Shown here piece by piece: positions 8,751 to 16,715 of a stretch of DNA of 22,650 nt; positions within the stretch are counted from its first letter, which is position 1; every line of letters begins with the position of its first letter. The notes below the pieces were generated by a model that saw nothing but the letters and a program-made list of their open reading frames with translations, was not told the origin of the DNA and did not search any database. The position numbers were made by a program, and so were the translations under genes. The DNA is from a virus (taxonomy: Duplodnaviria > Heunggongvirae > Uroviricota > Caudoviricetes): positions 86,232 through 108,881 of the IMG/VR virus record IMGVR_UViG_3300048924_000203; one strand, given 5' to 3'.

Positions 8751-9796
8751 CGATTGCTCCTGAGCGGCAAGCCATTTCGATTCACACCCAGAAGGGTGTG
8801 CAGCTGTATCAGTACCTGCCGGCGCGCACGATGGGCATCGAGTGGGGTCGCATCCTGCGGGACGTGTCCCGGGCGACCGTGACGCTGCCTCCGGACGATC
8901 ATCTCGCCGAGCTCGACATCGTGCCGTGGCTTCACTGGGTCAGCATCTGGGACGTCAACGACAGCAGGATGCCGCTGTGGACGGGCCCGCTCATGCGTCC
9001 GAGGATCAACCGCAACTCGCTCACATTGGAGGTTTGGGACTGCGCCGCGTTCATGATGAAAACGCGGGTTCCGTTCACCAAGGCGTGGGAAGCCACCGAC
9101 CCCGCCTATATCGCCGCCGAGCTGTGGGAGGCGATGACGGATAACCACGGGCTCAACGTCACGCCTATCGTGCGGCCGGACCCAGAAGGCCAGCCGTTCG
9201 ACTTCCAGGTGAAGGCCGACACCAACACGATGGACACCGTTATCCGCCAGCTCGTCGACCTGGGTCTGCGCTGGACGGTGGTGAAGGGAGTGCCGATCCT
9301 TGGGCCGGCCTCGAAGAAACACATCCAGGACCTTGGAGCGCAGGACTTCCTTGGCGACGGGTTGGAGCTGTCCCGTGACGGGTCGCAGTCGGCCAACGAC
9401 ATCCTGCTGCGTAACTCCGACGCCATCGCCCGCGCGCGGGTGCCGATGGCTGGTCTGAACTTGCAGTCGATCGTGACGATCGACAAGCAGGAGGGCGCGT
9501 CGAACGCCGAGCGCGCCGTGTACGAGCAGGCGAAGTACTTCTCGCAGATCCACGACTCAGTGACTGTCCCGCAAGGCAGCGAGCTACACCCCGAAGCACC
9601 CGTCGTGCTCGACGATCTGATCCCGTCGACCCGGTTCACAGTCACGGCCTACGGGCTGCGCACGCTGGTGGAGCTGGAGGACATGAAGGTCGCGGCGACG
9701 TCCGGTGCAGTGACAACGACCGTCAGCATGGAGTCCGTCGTGGAGCTGCCGGAACTCTCGACTGTCACAGGCAGCGGTCAGGCGGGTGCATCGTGA
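8747..9796 (+). CDS. Minor tail protein (baseplate hub/Tal-like), 349 aa
   Basis: ATGA overlap with the previous gene; position and size match siphovirus hub proteins; W-x-R...S-x-A-x-V-T-L-P pattern near the N-terminus. Confidence 0.75.
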   Translation: MTIAPERQAISIHTQKGVQLYQYLPARTMGIEWGRILRDVSRATVTLPPDDHLAELDIVPWLHWVSIWDVNDSRMPLWTGPLMRPRINRNSLTLEVWDCAAFMMKTRVPFTKAWEATDPAYIAAELWEAMTDNHGLNVTPIVRPDPEGQPFDFQVKADTNTMDTVIRQLVDLGLRWTVVKGVPILGPASKKHIQDLGAQDFLGDGLELSRDGSQSANDILLRNSDAIARARVPMAGLNLQSIVTIDKQEGASNAERAVYEQAKYFSQIHDSVTVPQGSELHPEAPVVLDDLIPSTRFTVTAYGLRTLVELEDMKVAATSGAVTTTVSMESVVELPELSTVTGSGQAGAS

Positions 9797-10284
9797 GCGG
9801 CAGCCACGTCGGCCGGCGACCCCGCACGGAGGCACAGTGGGCGCGGGACCAGCAGCAGCAGATCAAGGAACTCCAGAAACGGGACACGTTGCGTCTGGGG
9901 GAGTGGGTGCTGTCTGAGCGTGACGGCGAGATCGTCGCTACCAAGCCCGGCCGCAAACCGGTGGTGCTGACCAAGGCGCTGGACGAGGCAGACACCAGCG
10001 GTCTGCGGCGTGTTCAGCGGATCATCACCCTGTCGGGCGTAACGGGCGGCAACCTCGGACTGATCTACCGCGGCGACCCACTTACCGTGTCGTGGAACGC
10101 CTCGCAAGCAACGCTGCTGAGCGCGTTCCTCGTGCTCCGGACCTCCTACACGGCGTTGGATTTCAACGTCACCGGCCCCAATGGCGGACCCTGGATTGTC
10201 ACCCACCCGGGCGGCACACTCGATGCGGACCTGACTGGGCTGACCGGTCCTTCGCCGGCCGTCGACATCACCGTCCCGTCCTAG
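9793..10284 (+). CDS. Minor tail protein, 163 aa, with a C-terminal beta-rich accessory module
   Basis: GTGA overlap; N-terminal coiled segment (ARDQQQQIKELQKR); C-terminal TLSGVTGG...WNAS...VTGPNGGPW...DLTGLTG module. Confidence 0.75.
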   Translation: MSGSHVGRRPRTEAQWARDQQQQIKELQKRDTLRLGEWVLSERDGEIVATKPGRKPVVLTKALDEADTSGLRRVQRIITLSGVTGGNLGLIYRGDPLTVSWNASQATLLSAFLVLRTSYTALDFNVTGPNGGPWIVTHPGGTLDADLTGLTGPSPAVDITVPS

Positions 10285-10285
10285 T

Positions 10286-10933
10286 GTGACCGCCGTGGCG
10301 AGGGACTGGGTAGAGCCGAACGTCTGCACAGACGAGAACCTTGCCGTGTCGGTCGACGGCCTGCTGAAGCTCGCGCCGTGGTCGGTGCCGCGCAATGTCG
10401 TTGATGTGATGGCGAAGTCGACCGGCGACGGCAAGGTGACGCCGTACACCGCGCTGCCAGGGAAGTTGCTGATCGACCAGCAGGTGAACTGGATCAACGC
10501 CTCACCGCTCGACGCCATGGTGTTGATCCGGGTCACGCGATCGACCCGCTACTGGCAGACGTCGACGCCGAACGCGATCCAGCTGCGTGACCGGTGGACC
10601 CGTGACGTAGACCGTCAACCCGACGTGCCGACCGTGACTGGGCCCCACAACTCTGAGTGCGGTAGCGCGATCGACGTCGGCACGAACAGCGTTGCCGAGC
10701 CGAAACCTGGTCAGCACTGGCTGTGGCAGGGCGCCGGCACCAGCGACGAGTGGTACCCGTTTCCGATCAGGCCTGGTGAGAACCTGCGGCTTTGGTACCG
10801 CTGCTACCTGTGGACGCCGCCGCCGTGGTCGGACAACGCGAACAAGAACTCGCCGCGGCACCAGGCGTACGCCCGATGGACGCGTATTCAGATGATCGCG
10901 TTCCCGACGCAGGGAAAGCTGGTGTCTGGCTGA
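10286..10933 (+). CDS. Minor tail protein, paralogue A (215 aa)
   Basis: Starts 1 nt after the previous stop; shares motif order with the next two genes. Confidence 0.75.
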   Translation: MTAVARDWVEPNVCTDENLAVSVDGLLKLAPWSVPRNVVDVMAKSTGDGKVTPYTALPGKLLIDQQVNWINASPLDAMVLIRVTRSTRYWQTSTPNAIQLRDRWTRDVDRQPDVPTVTGPHNSECGSAIDVGTNSVAEPKPGQHWLWQGAGTSDEWYPFPIRPGENLRLWYRCYLWTPPPWSDNANKNSPRHQAYARWTRIQMIAFPTQGKLVSG

Positions 10934-11532
10934 TGGCGATGAAAGTCTGCACATCCGAGCTGATGATCTCCGACGTCAACGGCGTCGGCATGGCCCGCGC
11001 CTACTTCCCTCAGATCGTGAAAGAGGCCTTCCTCACCTCAGGCAAGGACGGGGAGATCAAGCGATCGCCGGACCCGGTCACGATGATCGACGGTGACCTG
11101 ACGTTCTTCAACAACAACGACGCTGACCTGCAGATGTGGGTGATGGTGCATCGCGCACCGCGCAGCATCGTCAGTACGAGCCCGGTGACCGTGATCATCC
11201 ACGACGCCTGGTCCTTCGACGTCGGCACTAACCCACAGGCGGAGTACCCGTCGGTGTTTCAGGACTCGTTCGGCGGCAAGCTGCAGCTCGACAAAGCCAG
11301 CGTGTCGGGGGAGGACCTCAAGTTCGGGCGGTTCTTCCTCAACTTCGACGACTCCCAGGCGTGGGAGCCCATCGGCATCGTGAAGTCCCAGCAGGCCCTG
11401 CACTTCCGCTACCTCTGCGCTGTCCAGACTCCCGGCGTGTGGACCGAGCCGACCGAGAAAGCGCCCCGCTACGAAGCGAAGGCGAACTGGTGCCGGCTGC
11501 AAGCGTTCGCTGTCCCGGTCGGAGGTGCTTGA
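10933..11532 (+). CDS. Minor tail protein, paralogue B (199 aa)
   Basis: TGATG 1-nt overlap with the previous stop gives start 10933 rather than track start 10792; paralogous motifs. Confidence 0.75.
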   Translation: MAMKVCTSELMISDVNGVGMARAYFPQIVKEAFLTSGKDGEIKRSPDPVTMIDGDLTFFNNNDADLQMWVMVHRAPRSIVSTSPVTVIIHDAWSFDVGTNPQAEYPSVFQDSFGGKLQLDKASVSGEDLKFGRFFLNFDDSQAWEPIGIVKSQQALHFRYLCAVQTPGVWTEPTEKAPRYEAKANWCRLQAFAVPVGGA

Positions 11533-11534
11533 GC

Positions 11535-12152
11535 GTGACCTGCGTTGACCCGAACCACTTCTACGTCCTTAACGGTGCGATCGTGCCGCAGCCATGGATG
11601 CAGATGCGGCAGGTCGACTCGAAGACCGTCGTGGCCAAGTCCGGCACGTACGGCCATTCCGGCGGCGCGACGAAGAACGACCTGCTGCAGACGGTGACCG
11701 CGAAGTTCGTGAACGACACTCCAGTGCCGCAGTGGGTGTACGGGCTCGTGACTCGCGGCGGCAGCAAGGTCACGCTGCAGGCCCGGTCCCGCGCCGGTAT
11801 CAGCCTGCTGACCGGCCAGCTGCTCGGCGAAGGCGCGATCCCGATGGTCGAGGCCAGCCTGCTGGGCTGCGGCCTCGACATCGGCCGGGGTGGCTTCCTG
11901 ACCGCCGGCACCGAGTACGCGATCACCGAGGTCCGGCAGAACACCAGCACCATCCCGCTGTGCCCCGAGCAGACCGGCTGGAAGCGCGTCGACCCCAACG
12001 CCACGCTGTACGCCCGGGCCGACACCCGGTTCGTGTCCACCTACTGGGAGGGCACTGACCCGAACAACGGCAACGGCTCCGCGGACTCCGAAACCACCTA
12101 CGTGGCCGGTGACCTGCGCATCGACCTGTACGCCATCCCGATATTCGAGTGA
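11535..12152 (+). CDS. Minor tail protein, paralogue C (205 aa)
   Basis: SD GGAGG 11521-11525, 9 nt before GTG 11535; paralogous motifs. Confidence 0.75.
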   Translation: MTCVDPNHFYVLNGAIVPQPWMQMRQVDSKTVVAKSGTYGHSGGATKNDLLQTVTAKFVNDTPVPQWVYGLVTRGGSKVTLQARSRAGISLLTGQLLGEGAIPMVEASLLGCGLDIGRGGFLTAGTEYAITEVRQNTSTIPLCPEQTGWKRVDPNATLYARADTRFVSTYWEGTDPNNGNGSADSETTYVAGDLRIDLYAIPIFE

Positions 12153-12160
12153 CCTGGGGT

Positions 12161-12182
12161 TAGCACCCCCGACGTCTACTTT
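12161..12182 (+). promoter_or_regulatory. Candidate promoter element, copy 3 (TAGCAC-N10-TACTTT)
   Basis: GCAC 12163-12166, TACTTT 12177-12182, then 8 nt to ATG 12191; no Shine-Dalgarno. Confidence 0.45.
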
Positions 12183-12190
12183 TCGGGGCT

Positions 12191-12604
12191 ATGGCGGACC
12201 TTGTCATTGGTTACAACCCCTCGCAGCCGATCGGCCAACGGCTGTCGGAGGAGGTACGCGCCGAGATCAACGTCATCGCGCCGTCCACGGTCAACAACGG
12301 CGACATCACCGACGCGAAGCTCGCCGACAACGCAGTGACGACCCGATCGATCAAGCCTGGCGCCGTGACCAGCGAGAAGATCGCTAACGGCGGCGTCCAG
12401 GCCATCAACATCGGCGACGGCCAAGTGACGGCCGGGAAGCTCGCCCCAGGAGCCGTCACACCCGACGTCGTGGCACCGGGTGTGGTCACCGCAGTCGACG
12501 CCGCTGGCAACGCGATCACCGTCAAGATCGCCCACGTCACCGCCGCCGAATACGCGGCCCTGACGAACCCTGACCCGAACACCGACTACTTCATCAGCTC
12601 CTAA
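12191..12604 (+). CDS. Short tail fibre stalk protein (137 aa)
   Basis: Six 10-residue VTxxK(L/I)AxG(A)-type repeats; C-terminal VTAAEYAALTNPDPNTDYFI motif typical of phage fibre proteins. Confidence 0.8.
   Translation: MADLVIGYNPSQPIGQRLSEEVRAEINVIAPSTVNNGDITDAKLADNAVTTRSIKPGAVTSEKIANGGVQAINIGDGQVTAGKLAPGAVTPDVVAPGVVTAVDAAGNAITVKIAHVTAAEYAALTNPDPNTDYFISS
12305..12484 (+). repeat. Six tandem 10-aa fibre repeats
   Basis: ITDAKLADNA / VTTRSIKPGA / VTSEKIANGG / VQAINIGDGQ / VTAGKLAPGA / VTPDVVAPGV. Confidence 0.8.
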
Positions 12605-13983
12605 TGCCGCAGATCATCCGTGGCGCGGGCAGCACGATCACCGCGATCAAGCACGGCAACACCGACATCAATGAGATCCGGCGTGGTTCGACGCTGATCT
12701 GGTCGAAGGCCGCGCTGCGCATCGACTTCCGGGTCCTGGACGATCAGGTCGGTCTCGGATCCAGCTGGACTGACTACGGCCCTGCGGTGTCCCCGTACTT
12801 GGCGTCGGTCGACGGCGGGGTATGTCGAATCAACCTGCCCGACAACGTCACCAACATCTCGGCGCAGCGATCGCAGATGCGGTACAACGCCACCACAACC
12901 ACCACGGCCGACGGCTACCTCGAAGTCGGTGTCGGTTCCTGGGGGCATTGGGATCCGGCGTTCCGGACCATCGTCTACGACCACATGTCGAACTCGTCGT
13001 TTGACGACGGCATCGGCATCGGCTTCTGGGGTCAGGCACTGCGCATTGTGCGCCGCGTCGCCGGTACTGAGACCACGATGGCCACCGGTGGCGGCTTCCA
13101 GACCGGCGACATCATTCGCATGGTCCACCTGAACAACGGCAAGCTGCACCAGCTCTACCGCAACGGGCGCCTGTCCTGCTGGTGGGATGACTCAGCCGGT
13201 ACAGCGAACGTCGACATTAACCACCGCTCGGTCGGCATCAGCACGTACGGCCGCAAAGACAACTTCCTTGTGCCGCGCTGCTACTCCACCGGCATCTCCT
13301 ACATCGAAGCCGGCGGCGGGGACCGCCGCATCCTGCCGATGGCGACGTCGGTCGCCGACACGTGGAACAACCGGCACATCGTCATGTCGTTCGACGACTA
13401 CGTTCCGGTGGCCGGGGACTTCATCCTGGTGTCGGCCTGCTACCGGGACGTCCCCAACTTCGCCACCACCAGCCCACCGGCAGGCTGGGTAGAGCTGACG
13501 AGCGTCAAATCCTCAGTGGGAGTGCAGTACTGCATTCATCACGTCGTTACGCAGGCAGAAGCTGACGCTGCACAGACGGCGTGGACGCTCCGGAACTACT
13601 GGAACAGCGCCCACTACACCGGCATCGTCGCGACCGTGTTCCGCGGCGTGAAGACGTCTGCGCCTATCGACGCCTTCGCCACCGGCTTCAACTCCGCCAA
13701 CAGCTCCCCGCACGTCCTGCCAGCTCTGCCGACCGTGTCGAACCGATCGCTCGTCGTCGGCATGCCGTGCGCCGCGTACGCGCAGCTCTATCCCGGCACC
13801 CCGCCAAACGGATGGCAGACGCTGGTCAACGCCCGAAAAGCGTCCGCACAGCCGCGAATGATGCTGCAGCGCACCGCCCTTACCCAGTCAGGTGTGCCGG
13901 TTCCGGCGGCGAACGTCACCCCCGGCGAACCCAGTCGCTACACCGCGATCACCGTCGCGCTGGCCGAAGCACCGTCGAGCTAG
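12604..13983 (+). CDS. Minor tail / putative receptor-binding protein (459 aa)
   Basis: TAATG coupling; N-terminal IKHGNTDINEIRRGSTLIW fibre-partner motif; two aromatic-rich beta domains (lectin-like by appearance). Confidence 0.75.
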   Translation: MPQIIRGAGSTITAIKHGNTDINEIRRGSTLIWSKAALRIDFRVLDDQVGLGSSWTDYGPAVSPYLASVDGGVCRINLPDNVTNISAQRSQMRYNATTTTTADGYLEVGVGSWGHWDPAFRTIVYDHMSNSSFDDGIGIGFWGQALRIVRRVAGTETTMATGGGFQTGDIIRMVHLNNGKLHQLYRNGRLSCWWDDSAGTANVDINHRSVGISTYGRKDNFLVPRCYSTGISYIEAGGGDRRILPMATSVADTWNNRHIVMSFDDYVPVAGDFILVSACYRDVPNFATTSPPAGWVELTSVKSSVGVQYCIHHVVTQAEADAAQTAWTLRNYWNSAHYTGIVATVFRGVKTSAPIDAFATGFNSANSSPHVLPALPTVSNRSLVVGMPCAAYAQLYPGTPPNGWQTLVNARKASAQPRMMLQRTALTQSGVPVPAANVTPGEPSRYTAITVALAEAPSS

Positions 13984-13994
13984 GAGCATCCGAG

Positions 13995-15341
13995 ATGACG
14001 AAGAAGCTGATCTCGATCAACGATGAGCAGCCACCCGGCGCGCAGCTGCCGATCGTCGTGCGTTCTGAGCTCGACGAGGTGTGGCGGCAAGCACGCGACG
14101 ACCTGCAGGTGCACAAGGCCGGCGCCGAAACCATCACCGGTGCGAAGACCCTGACGGCGAAGCTGACAGCCCGTGACATCGAGGTGTCGCCGCTGACCGT
14201 CGGCGGCAACGCGGTGCTGAAGATGACCAACGGGTCGCAGTCGTGGGCATTCACAGTCAGCGCCGACGGGAAACTGTCGGTGCTGGATGTGACTGCCGGT
14301 TCGGCGCCGGTGGTGCTGGCCCCGGGTGCCGCGGCCTTGGCCCTGCAGGTGCTGGCGACCAAGCTGCTTGCCGGCGCCGACCTCGACCTGGGTGGACACA
14401 ACCTGTCCGGTGTCGGTAACGCCAACCTGCCGAACGGGCCGGTGTTCACTACCGGTGCTGGCGTGCTGCCGGTGGCGCTGTTGCCGGCATCGGCGATGAC
14501 GTTCCTCGGCATGTGGGACGCGTCGACGAACACGCCGACCGTGGCGCCTGGCGCCGGTATCTCGGGCCAGACGTACCGAGTTTCAGTGGCGGGAAACCGT
14601 GACATCGGCGAAGGCGTCACGGAGTTCCAGCCGGGCGACTCGATCATCTACGACGGGGCGGTGTGGCGGAAGCAGGACAACACCGAGCACGTCGCGTCCG
14701 TCGCCGGTCTGATCGGCGCCATCACCCCGGCCGCCCTGCGCTCGGCACTCTCGCTGGTGGTGGGCACCGACGTCCAGGCGCAGAACGCCAACCTGCAGGC
14801 GCTCGCCGGCGTGACGTCGGCGAGCGACACCCTCGCCTACTTCACCGGCAGCGGAGCCGCCGCAGCCACGACGCTGACCAGCTTCATCCGCACCCTGTTG
14901 GACGACGTCGACGCGGTCGCTGCGCGGAACACGTTGGGGCTCGGTGCGGTGGCTACGAAGGCCGGCAACGTCGCGGTACCGGTGTGGATAGAGATTCACG
15001 CCGGGTACGGCGTCCGCTCGGTCGGCTACATGGACAACGCCATGGGTTTCACGGTGCCCGCCAACTTCATCCTCGGCCAGGTCATCTACCGCGGCACCAC
15101 CGCCGACGCCAGCGGGTCCACCACGGTCGAGCTGCGCCAGAACGGTGTCCAAATCGCCAGCAGCGTCAAGGCCATCACCGCGGCCAATCAGTGGGCGCAG
15201 AGCACCAACACCACAGCAACCATCGGCAACACCGTCAATGCGGGCGACATCCTGCGCCCCTACATCAGCAGTCTGGGCACCACACCCGGCAACGGGTTCG
15301 GGTGCACGCTCGTCGGTACCGTCAGCGTGGCGGTGACGTAA
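13995..15341 (+). CDS. Long tail fibre protein (448 aa)
   Basis: SD AGGAG before ATG 13995; recognisable fibre modules VHKAGAETITGAKT, WDASTNTP...YDGAVWRK and YFTG...TLLDD...AARNTLGLG. Confidence 0.8.
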   Translation: MTKKLISINDEQPPGAQLPIVVRSELDEVWRQARDDLQVHKAGAETITGAKTLTAKLTARDIEVSPLTVGGNAVLKMTNGSQSWAFTVSADGKLSVLDVTAGSAPVVLAPGAAALALQVLATKLLAGADLDLGGHNLSGVGNANLPNGPVFTTGAGVLPVALLPASAMTFLGMWDASTNTPTVAPGAGISGQTYRVSVAGNRDIGEGVTEFQPGDSIIYDGAVWRKQDNTEHVASVAGLIGAITPAALRSALSLVVGTDVQAQNANLQALAGVTSASDTLAYFTGSGAAAATTLTSFIRTLLDDVDAVAARNTLGLGAVATKAGNVAVPVWIEIHAGYGVRSVGYMDNAMGFTVPANFILGQVIYRGTTADASGSTTVELRQNGVQIASSVKAITAANQWAQSTNTTATIGNTVNAGDILRPYISSLGTTPGNGFGCTLVGTVSVAVT

Positions 15342-16009
15342 TGCCTACCTGCCTGATCGGTATTCCGAAGACCAGCGCGGCGCCGCTGTTCCTCGCATCG
15401 GGGTCTGGGTTCACCACCACGGGCGGCTCGAACATGAGCCCGCAGTGCACGGTGAACGTGGCCCAAGCCGGCGGCTGCATCGTCGCGCTAACCTGCCGAC
15501 ACACCAACTGGAACAACACGCTGACCGCCAAGACCGTGGTCAGCGACCAAGGGTCGGTATTCACCGAAATTCCGGGGTCCGACACGGTGCGCGGTGTCAG
15601 CGGTCAGCGTCTCGGTCACGTGGTGCTGTTCTACTGCCAGAATCCGGCGATAGGACTGCACACGCTCACCGGCAACGTACAAGCCGCCCAGTCGTTCACC
15701 CGCGCGAACATCCTGGGGGCGTTCTACGGCAACGTGATCGGGTACCAGAACTTGGCGACGCAGAGCACCACAGGCAGCCAGGCTGTGGCGCTGTCGGTGA
15801 CATCGACAGCGGGCAACATCCCGTTCATCGGCGTGACAACAGGAGCCGCCATGACCGGATGGAACTGGACCAACCGCGAGACCCAGGACGGCGATCTAAG
15901 CCTGATCGGTGACCGCGGCATCACCGCCGTCACGGGAGCGGTCAACTTCAGCACGAGCAGCACTGGACACAACGTCGCCGCAGCCGGTGTCGATCTCATC
16001 GCAGCATAG
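15341..16009 (+). CDS. Minor tail / fibre-tip partner protein (222 aa)
   Basis: TAATG overlap gives start 15341 (track start 14663 is a shadow of the fibre gene); Thr/Gly/Ala-rich beta protein. Confidence 0.7.
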   Translation: MPTCLIGIPKTSAAPLFLASGSGFTTTGGSNMSPQCTVNVAQAGGCIVALTCRHTNWNNTLTAKTVVSDQGSVFTEIPGSDTVRGVSGQRLGHVVLFYCQNPAIGLHTLTGNVQAAQSFTRANILGAFYGNVIGYQNLATQSTTGSQAVALSVTSTAGNIPFIGVTTGAAMTGWNWTNRETQDGDLSLIGDRGITAVTGAVNFSTSSTGHNVAAAGVDLIAA

Positions 16010-16020
16010 GAGGCCTCGGC

Positions 16021-16383
16021 ATGTATGACCCGCCCGCCGGCTATCAAGACTTCCTCGCCGACGCCGAAAACAACGACCGTGGCGACGGCCCGATGTACCC
16101 GCTCCACGTGGAGGGTGTGGGCACGATCCAGGCGCGCAAACCCATCCCCGGCAGTGCCGCGCCGTTGGGCGCGGCGGGCCGATCGAAGATCCCCGACCGG
16201 GAGAAGCTCGGCTATCTGAACCTGTTCGTGCGCAACCACATCGGCGCCGACCAGTACGAGCAGCTGCTGGAGCGGATGATGACCGATGACGCCCCGGCTG
16301 ACACGATGCCCCGGATCGTCGAGGCCATCACGACAAGGGGCACGGCCCGCCCTACCAAGCGGTCATCACACTCTGTGTGCTGA
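16021..16383 (+). CDS. Tail assembly chaperone-like protein, G-type (120 aa)
   Basis: Strong SD AGGAGG; paralogous to 516-992; ends GTARPT followed by a Ser-rich tail, as recalled for actinophage chaperones. Confidence 0.7.
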   Translation: MYDPPAGYQDFLADAENNDRGDGPMYPLHVEGVGTIQARKPIPGSAAPLGAAGRSKIPDREKLGYLNLFVRNHIGADQYEQLLERMMTDDAPADTMPRIVEAITTRGTARPTKRSSHSVC

Positions 16384-16679
16384 CCGCTCACCACTGGCGA
16401 CCGCTGCGGTCGAAGCTGCTGCTGGCCGGGATCGGTGACCCGATGGGCCTGCCGTCCATGCACTCTCTTTTGGACCTGACCGAGTCGGCGCTGACTGAGT
16501 CGATGTCCGCGGACCCTGAGGAAGGCAGCAAGAAGGTCTCGGAGTTCATCGACCAGCTGTACGCCCCGCCGGTTGAACCCGCCAAGGCCAAAGCCGGCTA
16601 CAAGGCTCCGCCGTCGTGGTGGACCGAAGGCAATTCGGACGACGAGTTTGACGCCGCGCAGCGCGCCGCTCCGCGCTGA
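16377..16679 (+). CDS. Tail assembly chaperone T-type ORF (probable -1 frameshift extension of 16021; frame open from 16302)
   Basis: Overlaps the upstream gene in the -1 frame, has no SD, and its GTG is buried in a 13-bp hairpin. Confidence 0.65.
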   Translation: MLTAHHWRPLRSKLLLAGIGDPMGLPSMHSLLDLTESALTESMSADPEEGSKKVSEFIDQLYAPPVEPAKAKAGYKAPPSWWTEGNSDDEFDAAQRAAPR

Positions 16680-16685
16680 TATCCG

Positions 16686-16707
16686 CTGCACCCAAGGCTC
16701 ATACCGT
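16686..16707 (+). promoter_or_regulatory. Candidate promoter element, copy 4 (CTGCAC-N10-TACCGT)
   Basis: CTGCAC 16686-16691, TACCGT 16702-16707, then 8 nt to ATG 16716; no Shine-Dalgarno. Confidence 0.55.
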
Positions 16708-16715
16708 CGCGAACT

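Noticed and set aside
12604-16009. Diversity-generating retroelement or invertase-type fibre switching
   Set aside because: No reverse transcriptase or invertase, and no near-identical template/variable repeat pair or flanking inverted repeats seen by eye.
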